Made by a program: the position numbers and the translations under genes. Shown here one piece after another: positions 1 through 11,890 of a stretch of DNA of 64,000 bases. The stretch spans positions 26,226,001 through 26,290,000 of the forward strand of contig NC_043000.1 in NCBI RefSeq assembly GCF_006345805.1. The letters run 5' to 3'. Below the pieces are notes generated by a model. The model was not told the DNA's origin. It saw only the letters and a program-made list of their open reading frames with translations, and ran no database searches. The DNA comes from Octopus sinensis. Its lineage: Eukaryota. Position 1 is the stretch's first letter; each line of letters begins with the position of its first letter.

Positions 1-141
1 GAGGCTGTTAATTCTAGCCCAGCTTTCTAAAAGGTTCAAGAAATTCACTTTTACATAGCAACATACCACTAAAACAAGCCAACGGTGAAATCCATAAGCG
101 GACATTGGATTCGATAACAGCCGAATTTCCCTTAAATTACA

Positions 142-625
142 TCTTTATATCTATAAAGGGCAAAATGCCTGTGTATCTGTGTGTCCTTTATACAAATCCA
201 CAGTTTTTCACGTAAAAGGCTCGCATTTTCTTTGGGCTTTCAAAACTGTCTGAGGGTGGTCATGAAGATTTTTCCATTTCCCCAGTCACCCCAGAAAGCC
301 ATTAAAAAAGCGATTAACCGACCCCTTATGCCCATAAGTTATTTTGCGGCCAAATTCGAGTTTTTCGCTTTCTTTTGCTCCTTTTTTGCCCGACTAATGT
401 CATGTGCACAGTCCCGCTAGTTTTCCATGATTATGCCGTTCCAGGTGTGAAAACCGAAGTCCAATGAATATTAATTACTCTCATAAAAAGCCGCAACTAG
501 CTCATAAACAACAAAACTTGCCCGGGCTGAAATGTGATAAGAAACTTAGCTCTTGATTTAGAGAGAAATTTTTACTGCGACCCGGCAACGAACAAGCACT
601 AGCACTAGACGGGTCATGGTGCTAG
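142..625 (+). mobile_element. Non-autonomous Helitron-like element
   Basis: 5' A|TCTTTATATCTATAAAG at 142. 3' GACCCG...CGGGTC hairpin (interrupted by a 19-nt insert) then GTGCTAG|T at 619-626. A|T insertion site, no TSD. Confidence 0.6.
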
Positions 626-720
626 TCCTACTATAATGGGGAACTGCATTGTATAATGTAGCACTAGACAACTCCGAACAAATGGTTTCGACTAGAAAGT
701 CGTTGATCACAACTGAGCTG

Positions 721-721
721 G

Positions 722-774
<53 letters not shown>

Positions 775-853
775 CACCACCACCACCACCGCCGCCGCCG
801 CCGCCGCCGCTGCTGCTGCTGCTACTACTACTACTACTTGCTGCTGCTACTGC

Positions 854-890
<37 letters not shown>

Positions 891-900
891 GCTGCTGCTG

Positions 901-980
<80 letters not shown>

Positions 981-1110
981 ACTACGGTCGCTGTTGCTGC
1001 TGTCGCTGCTGCTGTCATCGCTGCTGGTGCTACTGGTGTTACCGTTGCTACCACTATTACATGTAGTAGTGCTAGTACCAGCAGCAGCAGCAGTAGCAAT
1101 AGTAGTGTCA
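721..1110. repeat. Compound trinucleotide microsatellite (CTA/CCA/CCG/CTG)
   Basis: Directly visible; explains ORFs 649..1251, 707..1099 and 834..1244. Confidence 0.95.
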
Positions 1111-1651
1111 GAAGTAGTAGCGTCAGTAAAAGAAAGATCGATCGCGATAAGATTTCGAGTATTTCGAAAACCTACACCCTCCGTGTTATTGGCGTTATCG
1201 ATCATGTGGCCAAAGAAAAATCTAACACAACTCGAAGCTCTCACGATTTAGACATTGAACATGTTATAGCACTGTTCTGTAATTACAGTTCGATAACAAA
1301 TAGGAGCAACTGAAATTGATCGGATTGATTGCCAACATTCAACCAAAATAGACTAGACTTCTTTAAAATATAATCGACATATTACGGCGAAATATCGGAT
1401 AATAGATATTGTTAAGTGGCAAATGAACAGTAGAGTCGTGAGCCATCGGTTTGACAAGGTAAACGTCTATTAAACACATAGACAAGCTTGAACACACAGC
1501 ACATAAATATATATACTCATACATATATACAAACCCACATTGGCACATGTACACACGTATGCACATACACACATATATATGTATATGTAAATGTAAATGC
1601 GCGTGTATATATATATGTGCGTATGTGTGTATGTATACGTACCGTGACTCA

Positions 1652-1695
<44 letters not shown>

Positions 1696-1698
<3 letters not shown>

Positions 1699-1933
1699 TT
1701 GCGGCCGAAATGTTCAGAACGGCATTGTTTTCGCCAGAAAAGTAGGTATAAGTTTTTATTAAAGTTGTTTTATATTCTATAATTTTCACAGACAATAAAT
1801 ACAATATTAATTGTTATTGTCTGAGATTTTGGTGTAATTTGAGAGGATAATACAAAAGTTATGGATGATTTAGTGATTTATTGCAAAACCCATGGCGGCC
1901 AAAATGCCGTTCTGAACATTTTGGCCGCAACTG
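1696..1933. mobile_element. Tc1/mariner-type MITE, copy 1
   Basis: About 31-bp TIRs CAGTTGCGGCCGAAATGTTCAGAACGGCATT / AATGCCGTTCTGAACATTTTGGCCGCAACTG, TA on both flanks, 238 bp, inside (TA)n. Confidence 0.85.
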
Positions 1934-1991
1934 TATGTATATATATATATATATACACACACACACATATATGCACATACAAACATATATA

Positions 1992-2048
<57 letters not shown>

Positions 2049-2053
2049 ATATA

Positions 2054-2291
2054 CAGTTGCGGCCGAAATGTTCAGAACGGCATTGTTTTCGCCAGAAAAG
2101 TAGGTATAAGTTTTTATTAAAGTTGTTTTATATTCTATAATTTTCACAGACAATAAATACAATATTAATTGTTATTGTCTGAGATTTTGGTGTAATTTGA
2201 GAGGATAATACAAAAGTTATGGATGATTTAGTGATTTACTGCAAAACCCATGGCGGCCAAAATGCCGTTCTGAACATTTTGGCCGCAACTG
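2054..2291. mobile_element. Tc1/mariner-type MITE, copy 2 (tandem duplicate)
   Basis: Near-identical to 1696-1933 (one substitution seen); period 358 bp including the microsatellite flank. Confidence 0.85.
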
Positions 2292-2295
2292 TATG

Positions 2296-2327
<32 letters not shown>

Positions 2328-2364
2328 TATATATGCACATACAAACATATATATATATATATAG

Positions 2365-2396
<32 letters not shown>

Positions 2397-3988
2397 CATA
2401 TATCACGGTATAACAGTATTTATCAGACTATCGGATGTTATTCATCGCTGGTCACAATGCGGTTTGCTTTGTTGTAACTTTCGAAGGGTGCCACCTCGCT
2501 GGCTTGGCGCGCAGGTGTTGGTTTGTACACGTCCCCGAAACTTAGAGGTTCAATAAAAGAGACAGAGAGAATAAATAACAAGCTTAAAGTATCTACTGGG
2601 GGGGGGTTCGTTTGTCGGAGTAAACCTTCCAAAGAGGTGCTCCAACATGGCGGCAGTCCAATGATTGAAGCAAGGAAAATATAAATAATGAAAGAACTGT
2701 ACTGCATTATTCATAAACGGCCCCCTCCTCAGGGATAAAGCACTTGGATGATAACACGGACAAAGCCTCACCTTTTCGGTTTCATTTTCAGAAAATAATA
2801 TAATTTTTAAATATTAATGTGATGCTGAGAAATTTAAAAATATGTTGCTGCACATGGAAGAACGGTGGTTATCCAAAGGGGATAACGTCGATAGTTATCA
2901 TAACTATGGCTGCCACTCTTCAACTCTTTACATTTGAAGCTATCACTGAATGACCCCTGAGCACACATACACATTTACAAAAAAATTTAAACCAGTAGCA
3001 AAGGCCAGATTAACTGTTGACCAATATATAAATGTTGAAATAAAATTTGAGTATATATGTTTTTTAGTTTTATGTAAATGATTTGTTGAAGTCAATGATC
3101 AAATGAAATGGAATACTCTAAGGGCGAACATTTGATTTTGTGAGAAGCTGTCAAAAGATTAAAGGTTTCAGGAACAAATTGTTTTATTGGCACAATCTAA
3201 AAAAAGACGAACAGACAAAATAACAGAAAGCCCAATAGTAAAAAAGACAAACAAACCCCCAAACAAACAAATACGAAACGAAAAGCAAACAAAACATACT
3301 CGGTTGTTTTTCAAAAGTTTGCAAACATCATACACCAGAGGACTGTCTGCGTTGACCATTTATTGAACAGCTGATATAAAAATTTCGAAAACCATTTTCA
3401 GGATAATTTAAATATGGCGACATCTTTGTGACGCAACTGTACATACGAGACTGTGAACCAGGTGAGGGTGCAGACCACATAATTGGCGATAACACTAACT
3501 GCAGTTCAAAAGAAAATAGTCTCCCATGCTGGAGTACCGCTTTGAAGAATTTTCAGTCAAATGAATCGACCCCAGTACTTTTTTAAAAGCCAACTACTTA
3601 TTCTATCAGTCTGTTTTGTCGAACCGCTACGTTACGTGAACATAAACACAGATATTAAGACACACGCATAACCCTCTTTAGCCTTAATTATATGATGTAT
3701 ATTGCAACCGTAACGGTTTTTTTTAAATATACTGCCCACGCTTCCTGATGAATTCTTTGTGTAGAGTAAGGGACTTCATCCTATATTGCTTAGTAGAACT
3801 CGATGCTTGCTACAGGAGGACTGGTAACCATTAATTTGTTAGCGGCGAAAGGTCTGGACGTTGTTTCTGAGGCTGACCAAAGAATTTTTATTTTTAGATA
3901 TAAGTGATGTACTCAAGTGTAGTTATGTTTTTAGCTTGTGCTTTTTCCATGATCATACGTGAGTATTTTATTTATATCCCATCGAAAG

Positions 3989-4049
3989 TTCTACTGAAGA
4001 AGGAATATATCTTTTATAAGATTAAGTCCGAAATTGATTCAATATAGAG
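3989..4049 (+). ncRNA. Type I hammerhead ribozyme motif (unit 1)
   Basis: Stem I UUCUA/UAGAG; core CUGAAGA 3994-4000; extra A; stem II GGA..AUCUU-UUAU-AAGAU..UCC; GAAA 4030-4033; stem III UUG-AUU-CAA; AUA triplet, predicted cut after 4044. Confidence 0.8.
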
Positions 4050-4472
4050 ATAACGAAATTTAAATTTTCTAAAAGTTAGTTGCCCGTTTTCAGTTTCAAT
4101 TTTCCTGTAACAAGCGGATTATAAGTGGATAAAACAGTGTATTTGGCTTTAGAATAACCTCTTTAGCCCTTAATTATATGATGTATATTGCAACCGTAAC
4201 GGTTTTTTTTAAATATACTGCCCACGTCCTGATGAATTCCTTGGCTGTGAGTAAGGGACTTCATCCTATTTGCTTAGTAGTAAACTCGATGCTTGCTACA
4301 GGAGGACTGGTAACCATTACAATGTAGCGGCGAAAGGTCTGGACGTTGTTTCTGAGGTGACCAAAGAATTTTTATTTTTAGATATAAGTGATGTACTCAA
4401 GTGTAGTTATGTTTTTAGCTTGTGCTTTTTCCATGATCATACGTGAGTATTTTATTTATATCCCATCGAAAG

Positions 4473-4535
4473 TTCTACTGAAGAAGGAATATATCTTTTT
4501 TTATAAGATTAGTCCGAAATTGATTCAATATAGAG
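4473..4535 (+). ncRNA. Type I hammerhead ribozyme motif (unit 2)
   Basis: Same as unit 1; core 4478-4484, GAAA 4516-4519, predicted cut after 4530. Differences are confined to stem II. Confidence 0.8.
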
Positions 4536-4699
4536 ATAACGAAATTTAAATTTTCTAAAAGTTAGTTGCCCGTTTTCAGTTTCAATTTTCCTGTAACAAG
4601 CGGATTATAAGTGGATAAAACAGTGTATTTGGCTTTAGAATAACCCTCTTTAGCCCTTAATATATGAGGTATATATATATATATATATTATATATATAT

Positions 4700-5277
4700 A
4701 TTATAGATAAATATAATGATGATTGCCACTTTTTTACGGAAGAAGGCCATCTCTTCATTTAATAAATACTGTCATGAGATCTTATATGACTAGCAAGTCC
4801 GGCTCTTGACAAGCAAACCCTACTGCAGATCTTAAAAATATTTTTAAGCAGAAAAGTGTCTGGGATTGTAGTTAAGTTCTGTCTTCGAAGAGCTCGTTTC
4901 AAGATAGATTGTTCAATTCTTTGAGCTTCAAATGCTTTACATCTATTGTAGGTCATTTGTTTCCAAACCGATCGATCTTGCGTCACCTGCTCCCAGTCTT
5001 CAACTTTCTCATTAAGAGTCTTAAGGTTGCTTTTGACAGCATCCCTAAAACGTTTCTTAGGTTTATGTCTCGGATATTTGCCACACTGCAGCTCCCTGTA
5101 AATCTACTGCTTTGGCAACCTATCATCCTGCATCCTAGCAAGGTGCCCAACCTAAGGCACCTGATTGCATATGAGGATCATTTCAATACTGGATGTGTTA
5201 GCTTGCTGAAGAACTACGGCGTTTGGTGCTAAAGACTTCCATTTGATGCCTAGTATCCTCCTTAGGCAAGTCTGATG
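4700..5277 (-). mobile_element. RTE/BovB-clade LINE, 3' fragment of the ORF (decayed)
   Basis: Translations CLRRILGIKW..VGHLARMQDDRLPK..KKRFRD..QDRSVWKQ..CSRVCLSRAGLASHIRSH match the RTE RT C-terminus and zinc-finger-like end. Confidence 0.8.
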
Positions 5278-5280
5278 GGA

Positions 5281-5354
<74 letters not shown>

Positions 5355-5361
<7 letters not shown>

Positions 5362-5530
5362 CATATACATACATACACGACGGTCTTCTTTCAGTTTCCG
5401 TTTACCAAATCCACTCACAGGGCTTTGGGCAACTCGTGGCAATAGTAGAAGACACTTGCCCAAGCTGCCACGCAATGGAACTGAACCCAGGACCATGTGG
5501 TTGGGATGCAAGCTTCTTACTAAACGGCCA
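5355..5530 (-). mobile_element. SINE family A, 5' half
   Basis: tRNA-like head plus the AGAAGACACTTGCCCAAG block shared with other family A copies. Confidence 0.7.
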
Positions 5531-5833
5531 CGCACGCGCCTATTTCCTGCTAATTACTGACACAAATCCAGAATAGTTCATGACGATCGAATCAACTATA
5601 GCCTCTTTTGCAACCACGTGACTTGCAGAAGCCGGTTTCTCTACCACCAGAGATGTATTCCATCAAAAGAGGAACACTATGTTAATCAGTGATGCCTGAT
5701 CCGACAGATATGGAGCCATTCTGTGAAACCCATTTACTCCGCCTTGAACACGAGGAACAAAGGAAGCTGTCAAACTTGTACTAAGCCATTTGCTGCATTA
5801 GATTTGTGCTTTTGCAGTTCGAATTCAATTTAT

Positions 5834-6240
5834 CTTTTATTCTTTTATTTCTTTATTTTCCATTCCAGCGGCTGTGGCCTTGCTGGGGCACCGCCATTTT
5901 CATTACCTTTACAAAGGCTATTCAGATGCGGTTGGCCTTTGATGAATGAGGGAATTTGATATTTGCCAATATTCTTTGAGTTTCTTGCGCGAGTTTCATT
6001 TGGGATCTTGTACAGCAGATGAACAAAGTTTGTCTTGAAAACATCTACCCCTAATCCATGTAAATCGCTCAGTCTTTGGAAAGATATTAAACAGCTGTGG
6101 ATCCGAACTATTGAAGTATCTGACCATTTCTCTATACGGTGTGGTTGGGACCTTTGGCACTGTGCCATAGAGTCCTGTTCAGAGGTTAGTATAACACTCG
6201 ATGTCAAAGTCTGGTGCCAGCCCCTGCAGGATCTTTCATA
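5834..6240 (-). mobile_element. CR1-like LINE 3' end (decayed)
   Basis: PQLFNI..SDLHGLGVDVFKT..IPNE resembles 14400-14510; tail GGCGGTGCCCCAGCAAGGCCACAG plus A-rich repeats. Confidence 0.65.
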
Positions 6241-6366
6241 TATCACTGAATATCACTAAAAATATAGTGGGATATGGAAGTAAAATGTTTGTACTAATCT
6301 AGCGAATAATATTTTCATATTTAGTTCGTGATTCTCTTGTCACTCGGCAACAACTGCGAAGTCTGT

Positions 6367-6409
6367 ACTCCGTTGAGGAGGTCGAATAAGACTGAAACTC
6401 GTCCAAAGT
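6367..6409 (+). ncRNA. Decayed type I hammerhead motif
   Basis: ACUCCG-UUGAGGA-GGUC(GAAUAA)GACU-GAAA-CUCGUC-CAAAGU; C3>U and two stem I mismatches. Confidence 0.45.
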
Positions 6410-7294
6410 TATCTCAGGTACTTGCTGCAATAATTATAATATATATTATTAGTGATTGATTATTGTTTTCTTTACCCCATTATTATTTTTAATTAACTTT
6501 ATATGTTCACCGGGCATTATGTGTCGTATTACTAATTAACGTAACTGTGTGTTTGCTTGCATATAGTATCTCTATAAAGGGATATAGTATAAAAGGATGA
6601 AGTCCGGGATTCTACCGAGTTTTAGGGGGAACTTTGAGAAAAGCGGGGCTGTTTATTTAGTCGGTTTCATAAAGTTAAAATGGTTTTAGATCTTCAAATT
6701 TATTCAAAGCAATAAAAAAGAAAGAAAAATTATACGCATGCATAAACATGCTGTTACGAGGAATTAACATAATTTTTGGCAAGGACCCAAGATTTATCGG
6801 TTTTAGAATCACAGTACAATTATCATTGAAGTCAATGGCATTGAAGTCAATGGCATTGAAGTCAATGCATTGAAAGACAAATGAAAAATCTGGTCTATTC
6901 AGCTATCACTAGGAAACAACTTGAATAGCCTGACGTAGGAACAGTCGATTGATGGGAATATTTCAAAGCAGCAACCGTTTAAAATTGTTTATCTTTGCAG
7001 TAAATAACACTGACTGTACTGTTAAGGAAATTTGTCAGCTACATGCTTGGATCAAAGCAAAATGTATCTCTTGCAGCTGTTTTAAAATCATAAGTTGTAC
7101 CCTAAACAAGGGCTCGGGTAGAGCTGTGTGGTTAAGAAGTTTGTTTCCCATTCACATAGCTTTGGGTTCGATCCAACTTCGCAGCACTTTGGAAAATTGT
7201 TTTGCAACGTCTACTGTAGCCTTGGATTGATCGATAACTTGTAAACGAAATTTAATTCATGAAAAATTTGCAGAAGCCCGCACATAGTGCGTTT

Positions 7295-7334
7295 CATATC
7301 TATCTGTCTGTCTGTCTGTCCGTCCGTCCGCCCA

Positions 7335-7374
<40 letters not shown>

Positions 7375-7382
7375 TCTATCTA

Positions 7383-7419
<37 letters not shown>

Positions 7420-7641
7420 CTATCTGTCTGTCTGACTGTCTGTCCGTCCGTCTGTCTGTCTCTCCGTTCATCCGTCCGTCTGTCTATCGATCTGTCTGTC
7501 TTTCCGTCCGTCAATCTGTCTGTCCATCCATCCGTCTGTCTGTCTGCCTGTCTCTCTGTCTGTCTCTCTGTCCGTCCCTCCGTTTATCTATCTATCTGTC
7601 CGTCAGCCTATCTATCTGTCTGTCCGTCTGCCCGTCCATCC

Positions 7642-7709
<68 letters not shown>

Positions 7710-7841
7710 GTCTGTCTGTCTGTCCAGCCGTCGTCCGTCTATCTATCTATCTATTCATCTGTCCGTCCGTCTGTCTGCCTACCTACCTACCTACCTACCT
7801 ACCTACCTACCTACCTACCTACCTACCTACCTGCCTGTCTG

Positions 7842-7875
<34 letters not shown>

Positions 7876-7935
7876 AATCTATCTACATACATACATACAT
7901 ACATTCATACATACATACATACATACATACATACA
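7295..7935. repeat. Tetranucleotide microsatellite mosaic (TCTG/TCCG/TCTA/CCTA/CATA)
   Basis: Directly visible; explains ORF 7287..7988. Confidence 0.95.
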
Positions 7936-8270
7936 AAAACATGCGTATATATGTGTGTGTATTTACATGCTTCATTAATATGCATTAACGAGAAAATCAA
8001 TAAACTTGTGTATGTAAATAAGACGAAATAACTGGTGGTATTTATTCCATCAAAATTGCACCGACATTCCGTGTCACTTTTGCCATCACAAAGGCAGTGA
8101 AGTAATGATTAGTGTATTCGAAATCTATAACTAATGATGCAAAGGTGGTGCTCCAGCATGGCCGCCGTCTAATGATTGAAACAAGTAAAAGGTAAAAGAT
8201 TAAAACATATAGACATATACATACGCACACACACATATATATATATACACATACATACTTCCATATATAT

Positions 8271-8306
<36 letters not shown>

Positions 8307-8410
8307 CATACATATACCCACTATATATACATACACACACACACTATATATATATATACACACATACATCCATATATATATACATATATATATCCACTAT
8401 ATATACATAG

Positions 8411-8446
<36 letters not shown>

Positions 8447-8509
8447 GTATGTATGTATATACATACATATACATATGTATGTATGTATACTTGCATACAC
8501 ATACACACA

Positions 8510-8862
8510 ATGGTCCAGTGGTCAGAGCAGCGGACTCTCGTTCGTAGGATCGCGGTTTCGATTCTCAGACCGAGCGTTGTGAGTGTTTATTGAGCGAAAA
8601 CACTTAAAGCTCCACGAGCTTCCAACAGCGGGTGGTGGCGAACCCTGCCGTACTCTTTCACCACAACTTTCTCTTACTCTTACTTCCTGTTTCTGTTGTA
8701 CCTGCACTTCAAAAGTCCAGCCTTGTCACACTCTGTGTAACGTTGAATCTCCCCGAGGGTACACGTGTCTGTGGAGTGCTCAGCTACTTGCACGTTAATT
8801 TCACAAGCAGGCTGTTCCGTGCATTGGATCAACTGGAACCCTCGTCGTCGTACCACCGGAGC
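8510..8862 (+). mobile_element. SINE family D (tRNA-like head, 3' half shared with family C)
   Basis: Head TGGTCCAGTGG..GGTTTCGATTC; body GGGTACACGTGTCTGTGGAGTGCTCAG..CCCTCGTCGTCGTA. Confidence 0.75.
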
Positions 8863-9099
8863 GCTGTATGTATGCATGTATAAATGAATGTATACTCAGC
8901 ATCATATTGCCCTGCCGTAAACTCTTCGTTTAATTATTATTTAAAAAGAAATTATGATGTAGTCAGAGGAAGAGGGACAGTGCCCATGATGTTGTTTTTT
9001 CGGAACTTCGAAGATTGGTAGCAAGAGGCTTACTTCAGTCAGAGAACTGGTCTGAATGTAGGGTGTCCAAATGTCAGGGACGGTGTCAAACTCGTCGTG

Positions 9100-9149
9100 T
9101 ATGTATGTATGTGTGTATGTATGTATGTATGCATGCATGTATGCATGTT

Positions 9150-9181
<32 letters not shown>

Positions 9182-9227
9182 TGTATGTATGTATGTATGC
9201 ATGTAAACATGTCTGTCTTAGTATCTG

Positions 9228-9287
<60 letters not shown>

Positions 9288-9288
9288 A

Positions 9289-9332
<44 letters not shown>

Positions 9333-9349
9333 ATATATATATCTATCTA

Positions 9350-9381
<32 letters not shown>

Positions 9382-9406
9382 CTTGTCTGCCTGCCTGTCT
9401 GCCTGC

Positions 9407-9440
<34 letters not shown>

Positions 9441-9441
9441 G

Positions 9442-9500
<59 letters not shown>

Positions 9501-9640
9501 GTACCTACCCTCTCTCTCTCCCCCTCTCTCTCTGAACATATACATACATACATACATATATACATACATACATACATACATACATACATACATACATACA
9601 TACATACATACGTACGTACGTACATATATATATATACATA
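9100..9640. repeat. (TATG)n/(TCTA)n/(TCTG)n/(CATA)n microsatellite block
   Basis: Directly visible. Confidence 0.95.
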
Positions 9641-10082
9641 CATACAATCAAAATTCCTGGAAAAAAGAACATTTATGGTGAATACGGAACTGCAGCTCTT
9701 GTATCCTGACAATGAATTCTCATTTGTATCTAACGTCATAGATACATTAGGTTATGTACCAACAAATTTTCCCATAGACGTAGAAACACTTGGTTTCACG
9801 GAAAAAGAGCAAAAGAAAATGGCGCTGATTCTCTAAACCCACACAGTGAATATTTGTGAGACATTCCAGAAATTCTCCTTGTGAGATTCTGATGTGAATA
9901 GATGCACACACTTAGGTGTAAGCAAAATCTTTTGGAGGTAAAGTTTGTAGGGGATACGTCTAGAAGTGAACTACCAAATATGTTTAGAATATCCTTTCAC
10001 GACGCAAAAACTTAAAGTTGCTGACAAATAACCAATCAGTAAGTCGTATTTGAGGTGGTATCGAAATGTTCCTGGACTTTTC

Positions 10083-10494
10083 TTTTACTCTTTTACTCTT
10101 TTACTTGTTTCAGTCATTTGAGTGCGGCCATGCTGGAGCACCGCCTTTAGTCGAACAAATCGACCCCATGACTTATTCTTTGTAAGCATAGTACTTATTC
10201 TATCGGTCTCTTTTGCCGAACCGCTAAGTTACGAGGACGTAAACACACCAGCATCGGTTGTCAAGTGATGTTGGGGGGACAAACAAACACACAAACATAT
10301 ACACACGCATACATATATTTATAAATATATACGACGGGCCTCTTTCAGTTTCCGTCTACCAAATCCACTCACAAGGCTTTGGTCGGGCTGAGGCTATAGC
10401 AGAAGACACTTGCCCAAGGTGTTACGCATTGGGACTGAACCCGGAACCATGTGGTTGGTAAGCAAGTTACTCACCACACAGCCACTCCTGCGCC
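10083..10494 (-). mobile_element. SINE family A, full length
   Basis: Head GGCGCAGGAGTGGCTGTGTGG, B-box-like GGTTCAGTCC, internal microsatellite, tail GGCGGTGCTCCAGCATGGCCGCA..GACTGAAACAAG(TAAAAGAG)n. Confidence 0.85.
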
Positions 10495-10508
10495 TATAAA
10501 TGTGTGAC

Positions 10509-10626
10509 GATTACAGCGCCAAGGTTTCCCAAGCAGTCACCCATCTAAGTACTAACTAGGCTCGACGTTGCATAACTTCGGTGATCGGACGAGAACCGAT
10601 GCTTTCAACGTGATATGGCCGTAAAA
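10509..10626 (-). rRNA. Dispersed 5S rRNA copy, probably a pseudogene
   Basis: Reverse complement TACGGCCATATCACGTTGAAAGCATCGGTTCTCGTCCGATCACCGAAGTTATGCAACGTCGAGCCTAGTTAGTACTTAGATGGGTGACTGCTTGGGAAACCTTGGCGCTGT is near-full-length metazoan 5S. It has substitutions in the internal control region and is a single copy, not an array. Confidence 0.85.
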
Positions 10627-10794
10627 TACTTTCTACTAATAATGGTTCTGATTTAGGCACAAGTCCAGAAAGACAAATATCATCTCGTTGGAATTTGAAC
10701 TGAGAACGTATTGAACCGGAACAAATGTTGCAAAGCATTTTTTGCAACACTTACGATTCTGCCAGCTTGTCGTTTTATATTTTGTATTAATGAT

Positions 10795-11000
10795 CCTTTC
10801 TGCTATTTGCACAAAGCAATTTCTGGGGACGGCGCAAGTCGATTACATCGATCCCTAGTGCTCAACTTGTACTTATATTATCGACCCTGAAAGGTAAAGT
10901 CGACCTCGGCGGAATTTGAACTCAGAATGTAAAGATGGACGAAATGCCGCTAAGCATTTTTCCCGGTGTACTAACGTTTCTGCTTTACTCGTCGCCTTAC
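10795..11000 (-). mobile_element. SINE family B (diverged)
   Basis: GTCGACCTCGGCGGAATTTGAACTCAGAA block. Confidence 0.7.
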
Positions 11001-11483
11001 TATGCACTAGTCATAACTGCATAATTTAGGAAATCAACTCACAGATAACCTGCAGAGCTAGGAGAGTAGTAAAAAGTAAGAAATGTCTAGACGAACGGTG
11101 TGGCGTCATTACAATCTATATATATATAGGAGCAACATCCCATAGTTTAGATGAAAGAATTAAGGAGCGTGTGTGTAAAATAGAAAAAATACACCAGCAT
11201 CTACATTACACGGATGCATCTTGGTATTAAATAAGAGGGATCGATAAACAATGTCGGAATATAAATGATAAGAGAAGGGACTCTAAGTGATGGAATCTGT
11301 CTACATGCAGCAAGGCAGACAGTTTCACTAAGTAAGACAGATAATACACAGAATCGCGGTACGCTGTATCCTTTTTTTCGCTATAGTTATTAATAGGTAG
11401 AAGCGGTCTTCTTTTTAGGAGAGGGAGAGAGAAACTGTATATGTGTGTGTGCGTGTGCTTTAACCTAATGTAGGTAGACATAT

Positions 11484-11890
11484 ATTTCTTTATTAGCCAC
11501 AGGGCTGAACACAGACGGGACAAATTACAAAGTACAGCTTTTCTTTCGATCAAAAGGGAAGGTAAAAAGGAAAAAAAAGAAAAAAACCCGATCAATAGGG
11601 ATCGTGTATCACAGAAATGTCATGATGTAAAGTGTAAAGAGGGAAACAGATAAGGTTTATCCGTGGAAAGAAAAGCCTACGGAAAAGACCACGGTAACCT
11701 CGGTCAATAATGTCACATGTTAGCACATTTATTTGCAAGTAAGTAACTCTCTGTTTTAAATTTTTCCGGGTTCATAGGATTATGCTCAAGGTGGCTTCGT
11801 CATTCATACGTGCCATCCTTGCTACATTCACCCATCTGTTTTTGAAACATTCGCTAGACAAAACTTGCCTCTCTACTCTCACTTTCCTTT
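11484..11890 (-). mobile_element. LINE 3' fragment, probably L1/Tx1-like
   Basis: ORF end RKVRVERQVLSSECFKNRWVNVARMARMNDEATLSIIL* followed by a 3' UTR ending TTTGTCCCGTCTGTGTTCAGCCCTGTGGCTAATAAAGAAAT. The clade is inferred from a short peptide only. Confidence 0.5.

Larger units (their letters stand above)
3668..4670 (+). repeat. 486-bp head-to-tail repeat (2 units plus a 30-bp partial), one hammerhead per unit; retrozyme/Penelope pLTR-like
   Basis: Unit starts ATAACC(C)TCTTTAGCC at 3668, 4154 and 4640. Confidence 0.85.

Noticed and set aside
3744-3760. CTGATGA inside the 486-bp unit (also near 4228)
   Set aside because: No downstream stem II or GAAA.
6824-6875. Three 15-bp tandem units CATTGAAGTCAATGG
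   Set aside because: A simple minisatellite with no spacers, so not CRISPR-like.
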